Of a stretch of DNA of 64,000 bases, positions 58,308-64,000 are shown one piece after another; position 1 is the first letter of the stretch, and the number at the start of each line of letters is the position of its first letter. This stretch comes from Planctomycetota bacterium. GTDB taxonomy: Bacteria; Planctomycetota; SZUA-567; H5-PLA8. The notes under the pieces were generated by a model. The model did not search any database and was not told the origin of the DNA. It was given only the letters and a program-made list of their open reading frames with translations. The stretch lies in NCBI GenBank assembly GCA_038227875.1, contig JBBRPR010000039.1, forward strand, positions 17,349-81,348. Direction: 5' to 3'. Both the position numbers and the translations under genes were made by a program.

Positions 58308-58659
58308 AGGTCCGGAAAACCATCAGCAAAGCGGACCTTGGGCTGGCGTGAAAATCACGTAAACCCAAAGACCACACAGGAGTACATCGCCGACGTGGTA
58401 ATTCTCCCCCTTATTAATACACCGCAAATGCCTGAATGCTGAACGACTTCCGGGATTGTTGTACGCTCATGTGCGGCTATTTCTGTCGCGGTTCACTTAT
58501 GGTACAAGCTAAGACTGTATTTTCCTGACTTACTCCATTAAAACAAGAGTTGTTCTTTGTTCTACACGCGCTCACGAGTCTACTCCTGGGACCACTTGGC
58601 CTAGGTTAGGCGAGCGCTACATCCAGTGCCATCCACGTCGCTCATTTGGAGACTGTCGC

Positions 58660-60510
58660 ATGTCGGATCTTACGCATTCACCCCGGGTTGTAGGCACTCA
58701 ACGGGCCGATTTCTACGATCTGCAGGCGTTTCTGAAGTCTCCGCAATTCGCGGGCAAGAGCGGCGAAGGGCTGGCTCTGGCGATCTACGATTACTTCACC
58801 GACACCGTCGACGGCTCCTATCACTTCTGGCCGATGGACGAAAATCACGGCATCCCGCGCGTCCGCAACGTGGTCCACGATCCGTTGAAACTGTTGAACG
58901 CCTACGGGTTCATGGTCTGCGGCCAGCACGCGGCGATGCTGTATTCGGTCTATACAGCGGCCGGTTTTAAAACGCGCGGAATCGGCGTGCCGGGACACAC
59001 GCTGTGCGAAGTTTTCTACGACGACCGCTGGCACATTCTCGACGTGGACATGTGGACGTGGTTCCGCGCGCCGGAGGGCCACATCGCCAGCGCGTACGAA
59101 TTGGCGAAGAACGCTCACGCCTTGATCGTGGAGAGCGAGAACAAATCGCAGCCCTGCAATCTTCCCGACCGGACGTTGAAGGACTACGCGAGCATGTACG
59201 CCGAGACGGTCACGGTCGACGACCACGTCGAAAGCATGGCGCCGCCGTCGAAGATCGAAGGCCACACCATGGACTTTCAACTGCGCCCCGGGGAAACGCT
59301 GATCCGCTCGCAGACGCATCAGGGGCGCTTTCACTTTCCGCAGGAGTGGAGAAAAAACCGTGCGAAATTTCTCAACGAATGGCGCGGCCTGCCGCACGAG
59401 CGCTACGAGCCGTTCCGCACCTTCGGCAACGGCCGCTGGATCTACGAGCCGAATCTCGCTGCGCCGTCCCGCGACGTGGAACTCGGCACGTGGGAAAATT
59501 CCGGCGTCAAACAGGACGCTGCGGGCCTGACCGGCGAGGGCACGATTTCATTCCGCATCCGGTCGCCGTACCCGTTCTGCGGTACGCCCGACTGGAGCCG
59601 CGATCCAATCGCGTACTCCAACGGCGTGTGGCTGAACCTCACCGGCAGCGGTGACGTGCGGGTGGAGATCGTCAATGCCGAGGAGCAGTGGAAGACAGTC
59701 TTTGAACGCAATGGCACTTTTGACGAAAAGGTCGACATCACCGCACTCTTTGAAGGCCGCTATGACAGCGTGATCCGCATGACGCTCAAGAGCGGCGCGA
59801 CGTTGAAGCGATTCCGCTTCGACGGCTACATCATGACCGCGCCGATGTCACTGCCGCGGCTGGCGGAAGGCTGCAACGCGCTGGAAGTCCGCACCAACGA
59901 CCGCCATGGGCTGCGCACCGTGCCGTGGAATCAGCAGGTCGATTTCCGCGAGCCGGCGAACGTCGTCGCACAATTTGTCAGCGTCGAAAACGGCGACGTC
60001 AAGCCTTACGTCAAAGGCTGGCAACAGCTCTGCGCGAAATCCGGACAGACGCTGAAGGCCGTGCTGCGCATTGCAGCTCCGGCCGGGCGTTCGTTCGCGT
60101 GGGCGTACGTCAACGCGGGCATCCGGGAAGCGGCGCCGAACCTGAAGCAGCCGGTGGCGACGCTGGAATTCAGCCGCGACGGAAAATCCTGGACGCCGTT
60201 CGGAAAGACCGCGCTGACCTGCACTCCCTTGCAATGGGATTGCTCCCTGGACGGTGAGGCCATGACCGACGCCGCACGCGAGGTCTTCTTCCGCGTCTCG
60301 ACGCCCACCGGCATCAGTTCGCTGGAATTTTTCGGCCATCTCAACGGCGACCATCCCGCCGAGCAGCGCGATCTGATTATCACGCACACGTGGCGCGATA
60401 ACGACGGCGACCATAAATTCGAAGCGCCGCGCAACGCGACGCGGTATACCATCACCTGCGGAAAGAATCCGCGGGAGCATGGGATCGAGATGAAAGCGCA
60501 AGCGCGCTGA
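58660..60510 (+). CDS. Cytoplasmic transglutaminase-like (Cys-His-Asp) protein
   Basis: NAYGFMVCGQ, GHTLCEVFYDDRWHILD; no signal peptide; GGAG RBS. Confidence 0.7.
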   Translation: MSDLTHSPRVVGTQRADFYDLQAFLKSPQFAGKSGEGLALAIYDYFTDTVDGSYHFWPMDENHGIPRVRNVVHDPLKLLNAYGFMVCGQHAAMLYSVYTAAGFKTRGIGVPGHTLCEVFYDDRWHILDVDMWTWFRAPEGHIASAYELAKNAHALIVESENKSQPCNLPDRTLKDYASMYAETVTVDDHVESMAPPSKIEGHTMDFQLRPGETLIRSQTHQGRFHFPQEWRKNRAKFLNEWRGLPHERYEPFRTFGNGRWIYEPNLAAPSRDVELGTWENSGVKQDAAGLTGEGTISFRIRSPYPFCGTPDWSRDPIAYSNGVWLNLTGSGDVRVEIVNAEEQWKTVFERNGTFDEKVDITALFEGRYDSVIRMTLKSGATLKRFRFDGYIMTAPMSLPRLAEGCNALEVRTNDRHGLRTVPWNQQVDFREPANVVAQFVSVENGDVKPYVKGWQQLCAKSGQTLKAVLRIAAPAGRSFAWAYVNAGIREAAPNLKQPVATLEFSRDGKSWTPFGKTALTCTPLQWDCSLDGEAMTDAAREVFFRVSTPTGISSLEFFGHLNGDHPAEQRDLIITHTWRDNDGDHKFEAPRNATRYTITCGKNPREHGIEMKAQAR

Positions 60511-60522
60511 CGCGCGAGTGGC

Positions 60523-60703
60523 CAGGGGTCAGAGGTGGGCGCTGCGAGTGTAGATGTCGCAACGCGGTGGGGTTAGTACGCAATAGGCAGGAGCAGTCGG
60601 CAGTCTCGCGCGGCCACAAGCAAGAAGTGATTGTGCGAGACTATCTACTGACTTCTGGCTCCGCGTACACTCGGTCCGCCGCCTAGCCCACGTCTGACCC
60701 CTG
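60523..60703. repeat. Nested inverted-repeat spacer
   Basis: CAGGGGTCAGAGGTGGGC / GCCCACGTCTGACCCCTG outer arms; CGAGTGTA / TACACTCG and AGTCTCGC / GCGAGACT inner arms. Confidence 0.7.
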
Positions 60704-60739
60704 ACCCCTCGCGCTTTAGCGCGCCGAGTGAAGCGACAC

Positions 60740-61180
60740 ATGGCCATACCACTTACATATTCCTTCCGCAGCGTCGCCATCCGCAAGGGCTCTTCGGCGA
60801 TGGCCGTCGGCGGAATTGCCCTAGTGGTCGTGGTGCTGGTGGCGATGCTCTCGCTGGCCGCGGGAATCAAGCACGCGGTAGCGTCTTCGGGAAACCCCAA
60901 CAACATCATCGTGCTGCGCAAAGGGGCTGACGCGGAATTGCAGAGCCTCGTCTCGCGCGACGCCACGCGCGTGCTGCGCGAAATGCCGTTTATTGCCGCC
61001 GACTCCGAGAACCGCCCGCTGTTGATTCCTGAAAGCGTAATCATCCTGTCGCGGACCAAGCTGGGCGGCGGTGACACGAATGTCTCTGTTCGTGGCACGC
61101 CGGTTGATTCCCGCCGCGTCCGCCCCGACGTGGCGCTGACGAAAGGGCGCTGGTTCACGCCGGGAACCAACGAAGCATGA
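60740..61180 (+). pseudogene. ABC transporter permease (MacB/FtsX-like), truncated by insertion
   Basis: MAIPLTYSFRSV...GGIALVVVVLVAMLSL...GNPNNIIVLRKGA...NVSVRG...GRWFTPGTNEA* ends inside the periplasmic domain with no C-terminal TMs; composition turns AT-richer immediately after. Confidence 0.85.
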
Positions 61181-61361
61181 AGAATAACGGCGTAACTCGT
61201 TGAACGACGGCGTTATTGGTGGGAAGTGATTGGATCTCGCTGCCCTTCCGCTCGCGAAACCGAGGTCCGGGCCGGGTAAATGTGGGTGTTTTGATGGGGT
61301 TGTCGAAGATTTCTAGTTCAACCTCAGTGATATAATAAGGTATACCGATATAGATTATGGT

Positions 61362-61727
61362 TTAACCCGCGTCGATCTGTCGTGCTGGTAGTACACCGCC
61401 TCCTCTCCGACGAACCAAAAGGCGGTCAATAAGTATCTCCACAGCCTCTTTATCGGCATCTTGTAAGTCTTTCATTTTGTTGACGATACGTAGTGAATTT
61501 CTATCGATTGCAATAGGTCCTGAATTCTCTCCGGTCAATAGCCAATCGACGGTCACGCCCAATGAACGGGCAAGCGCCGTAAGGTTTTTATGGTTCGGAT
61601 CTTTCTTCCCGCTCTCCCACTCATTCACAGCCTTTGTCGACACACCGACTTGGGCCGCGAGAGCGGTCTGCGTTAGTCCCAGAGAGTTGCGAGATTTCCG
61701 CAACCTCTCCGGAAGAGAGTTACCCAT
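61362..61727 (-). CDS. XRE-family HTH repressor (CI-like)
   Basis: LPERLRKSRNSLGLTQTALAAQVGVSTKAVNEWESGKKDP...LARSLGVTVDWLLTG; ATG 61727 with GGAGGA RBS. Confidence 0.92.
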   Translation of the reverse strand: MGNSLPERLRKSRNSLGLTQTALAAQVGVSTKAVNEWESGKKDPNHKNLTALARSLGVTVDWLLTGENSGPIAIDRNSLRIVNKMKDLQDADKEAVEILIDRLLVRRRGGGVLPARQIDAG

Positions 61728-61797
61728 GATTCCTCCCCCAATCCAATCAAAGTAGCCTAATCCCAATGAAAAGCTACTGATTCCAATTTTTATTGGC

Positions 61798-61875
61798 TTG
61801 ACCAACATAACCAATGGGTTATAACCCATAGGACTAAAGGACTTTCTTAGGTTGTCCTAGGAACCTAGGACAACC
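61798..61875. promoter_or_regulatory. Divergent switch region: rightward promoter and operator palindromes
   Basis: TTGACC(61798)-16-TATAAC; perfect palindrome ATGGGTTATAACCCAT (61814-61829) over the -10; GGTTGTCCTAGG-AA-CCTAGGACAACC (61850-61875). Confidence 0.7.
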
Positions 61876-61893
61876 CCACCCAGCGAGGTGCAC

Positions 61894-64000
61894 ATGATTG
61901 ATCTAACGAAGCTCACCTTCATCTTAAACTCGCTTGACCTTCGGGTTACGGAAACAGCCAAAGCAATTGGTATTTCCCAATCGCACTTAAGCAACATACT
62001 GATTGGCCGAGACAAGCCGTCTTTAGACGTTGTGCAGCGGCTTGAAAATAATTTTAAGCATGCGTGGTTGGAGCGGCGCGGAGAAACAGTTCCACCAGAA
62101 GTTCAACGCATTGTCTACGAACTCCTCTACCCGCCCGCGCCATTCAACCCGTTCGATGGACCGCGTAAGCCCGGCCGCCCAAGCAAATCAAAAAACGACG
62201 CGGCCCCGGAAGCGCCGGGGCTTGAGCCCAACCGAAAACCCGAAGGCGCTGCGGCGCAGATGGAGAGCTATGGCAACGAAACTTCCGGCGAAGGTCAGGA
62301 AGCAACTGGCAGCGATCTTGAAACGGCATCCGGAAACCACACCGGCGATGGTCCGCGCGCATCTGAATCCTCGCGACGCGTTCGGACAGCCGCTTCGCAA
62401 AGTGAAAATGAGCGATTGGGAAATCGCGCGATCCGAATGGCGGCGCAAGATAGCAGCCAAGGCTTACAGGGAAGCTGTGGCCGCTGGACTTCTGAAGACA
62501 TCAATGACGTCTACCGTGCCGCGCAAATCCGCGCGCGGCTGACGGATGAAGTTCCTAACGTCACGCGACACCGCAATCAATTCTATGAATGTATCCGCGC
62601 GGAACTGCCGGGATGGCTGAAAGGCTCAACCACTAACAACGCGATCAATAAAATTCTCGGTCGCAAGCTCAACGTCAAGCTTCGCGCGCGCAGCGCCGAC
62701 GCAGTGAAGACGCAGGGCAAGGCGATGATCGCTGCGTACACCCTGCGCATCGCCGCGAAGATCGAAAGTGATGGCCACGCCAAAGGCGCATACTCCTACC
62801 GCGCGTGGATGGACCTGCGCGCGACGCTGCTTTCGATTTGGGATCAGCCCGAAGCGAAGGCGAAGATCTTCGAAATCTACGGGCAGGAAATTTCCTACCC
62901 GACCTTTGAGCGCATCTTCCGCGCCGAGTTCGGTGGCGTATCGCCGATGGAACGGGCGGCGAAGGTCTATGCGGCAGAGACCCTTGGCTACGAGCCGGAG
63001 TACGCGGGCCAAACGATCCAGATGGACGGCACGGAATTCCCGGTCGACGTCGCGACCGCATGGGGACGTTCGCGCGCCAACGGCAACGTTGCCCAGATCG
63101 CGGCGTTCATCATCGACACCGCGTCACTCAAAACATGGATGCATGTCGAAGGCAATACCTCGGAAGTTTACCTCTGGAATCCGATCATCCGAAAATTCTT
63201 GGAGAGCACGAATTACTCTCCCGAGTTTTTCGTCACGGACGAAGGCGGTCGCAGCATCAACTCACTGCGCCATCAAAAGCCCGGCCAGCCACTCACGATG
63301 GACAATGCTATCCGACTGCTCACGGCCATCGGAACGCGGCCACACACGCACACGCCTGGACTCCCGCGCGCGAAGGGCACCGTCGAGTGCGGCGCGGTGA
63401 AGGCGGGGAAGTCCACGCTGAAGCGAGTGCTCTCCGGACGCTTCGTCAAGGCCCTGCTTTCTGAAATCAAAAACCTTCCCCCGTCGTACCGCTGGGTGGA
63501 GACCGAGAGCGAATGGCGCGGCATCATCGCCGAGGTTGAAGCCTCACTGAACGCGCGCACCGTCAAGCGTATCGGCGATGGCACCTTCACCCGCAACAGC
63601 GCGTGGGACCTTCCAGAGTATCAGGCGCGCCGCGCTGAGCGCGCGCTCGTTGCCGACTGGCGCGACCGCTGGGAGACGATTGCAACGCGCGGCTTCGCGA
63701 TGCAAGTCATCGGCGAAAACAAACTCTACTGGAAAGGCGCGCGCGCCGAACTCCGCGCGCCGCTCGGTCACACGGTCAAGGAAGGATCGGTCGCGATCCT
63801 CTTTCCCGGTGGCCTGCGCGCCGGTGATGACCAACACGGCGACGATCTGCTGCGCGGCGTGATCATCGAACAGACCAACGGCCAGCCCCAGTATCACCAG
63901 ATCGAGGCGCTCAAGGTTTCTAAGAGCTTCCTCGGGTTTGAAAACGACCGGCCCAAGATCAGCGAGCACCCAGTCGCCAAACCGCAGACGGACAAACAGC
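61894..64000 (+). CDS. Cro-like HTH fused to MuA-like DDE transposase (partial; >702 codons, runs off window)
   Basis: Manual translation, no stop: MIDLTKL...VTETAKAIGISQSHLSNILIGRDKPSLDVVQRL (HTH); catalytic QTIQMD(378)GT, FFVTD(449)EG, PRAKGTVE(498); GAGGTG RBS. Confidence 0.85.
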   Translation, partial: MIDLTKLTFILNSLDLRVTETAKAIGISQSHLSNILIGRDKPSLDVVQRLENNFKHAWLERRGETVPPEVQRIVYELLYPPAPFNPFDGPRKPGRPSKSKNDAAPEAPGLEPNRKPEGAAAQMESYGNETSGEGQEATGSDLETASGNHTGDGPRASESSRRVRTAASQSENERLGNRAIRMAAQDSSQGLQGSCGRWTSEDINDVYRAAQIRARLTDEVPNVTRHRNQFYECIRAELPGWLKGSTTNNAINKILGRKLNVKLRARSADAVKTQGKAMIAAYTLRIAAKIESDGHAKGAYSYRAWMDLRATLLSIWDQPEAKAKIFEIYGQEISYPTFERIFRAEFGGVSPMERAAKVYAAETLGYEPEYAGQTIQMDGTEFPVDVATAWGRSRANGNVAQIAAFIIDTASLKTWMHVEGNTSEVYLWNPIIRKFLESTNYSPEFFVTDEGGRSINSLRHQKPGQPLTMDNAIRLLTAIGTRPHTHTPGLPRAKGTVECGAVKAGKSTLKRVLSGRFVKALLSEIKNLPPSYRWVETESEWRGIIAEVEASLNARTVKRIGDGTFTRNSAWDLPEYQARRAERALVADWRDRWETIATRGFAMQVIGENKLYWKGARAELRAPLGHTVKEGSVAILFPGGLRAGDDQHGDDLLRGVIIEQTNGQPQYHQIEALKVSKSFLGFENDRPKISEHPVAKPQTDKQ
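62190..62225 (+). promoter_or_regulatory. Candidate -1 programmed ribosomal frameshift signal
   Basis: In-phase A_AAA_AAC (62190-62196), 6-nt spacer, stem GCCCCGG-AAGCG-CCGGGGC (62203-62221), -1 frame TGA at 62223-62225. Confidence 0.6.
62270..62542 (+). CDS. Small basic protein (90 aa) overprinted in +1 frame within the transposase ORF
   Basis: GGAGAG RBS then ATG; MATKLPAKVRKQLAAILKRHPETTPAMVRAHL...WEIARSEWRRKIAAKAYREAVAAGLL; codons in this frame look more gene-like than the main frame here. Confidence 0.55.
   Translation: MATKLPAKVRKQLAAILKRHPETTPAMVRAHLNPRDAFGQPLRKVKMSDWEIARSEWRRKIAAKAYREAVAAGLLKTSMTSTVPRKSARG

Larger units (their letters stand above)
61178..64000. mobile_element. End of a Mu-like transposable prophage/element (continues beyond window)
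   Basis: Begins TGAAG at the gene break; order end - repressor(-) - operator - cro/ner-like - DDE transposase(+) mirrors Mu c-ner-A. Confidence 0.8.

Noticed and set aside
61178..61180. TGA as selenocysteine/readthrough in the permease
   Set aside because: An in-frame TAA follows within a few codons (61193-61195) and the downstream sequence is not permease-like; insertion explains the break better
61728..61829. Longer N-terminus of the repressor given in the ORF track
   Set aside because: ATG 61727 has a GGAGGA RBS and starts at the HTH; the extension runs through the operator region
62768..63969. Track ORFs 62768-63400, 63060-63464, 63544-63969
   Set aside because: Alternate frames of the transposase; no RBS or motif support

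Overview
GC-rich bacterial chromosomal window. Its gene content (BatA/vWA, DUF4175-like, VIT-vWA-prenyltransferase, extended ECF sigma, many large secreted hypotheticals) suggests a Planctomycetota/PVC organism; this is inference. Positions 1-60.5 kb hold housekeeping and accessory genes: dapB, truD, lpdA, lgt, AraC-melA-galT, an acyl-ACP desaturase, a cysteine desulfurase plus polyferredoxin, and two transglutaminase-like paralogs. Many spacers are nested long inverted repeats (REP/REPIN-like). At ~61178 an ABC permease gene is cut off by the end of a Mu-like transposable element or prophage. The element has a leftward XRE repressor, a palindromic operator/promoter region, and one ORF (61894 to >64000, absent from the ORF track) that fuses a Cro/Ner-like HTH in frame to a MuA-like DDE transposase. 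That ORF contains an in-phase A_AAA_AAC slippery site plus a GC hairpin. A -1 frameshift there would release a 110-aa stand-alone Cro-like protein. A 90-aa ORF with its own RBS is also overprinted in the linker. This apparent three-products-from-one-locus switch is the best candidate for an undescribed system. No CRISPR, rRNA or tRNA was recognised.
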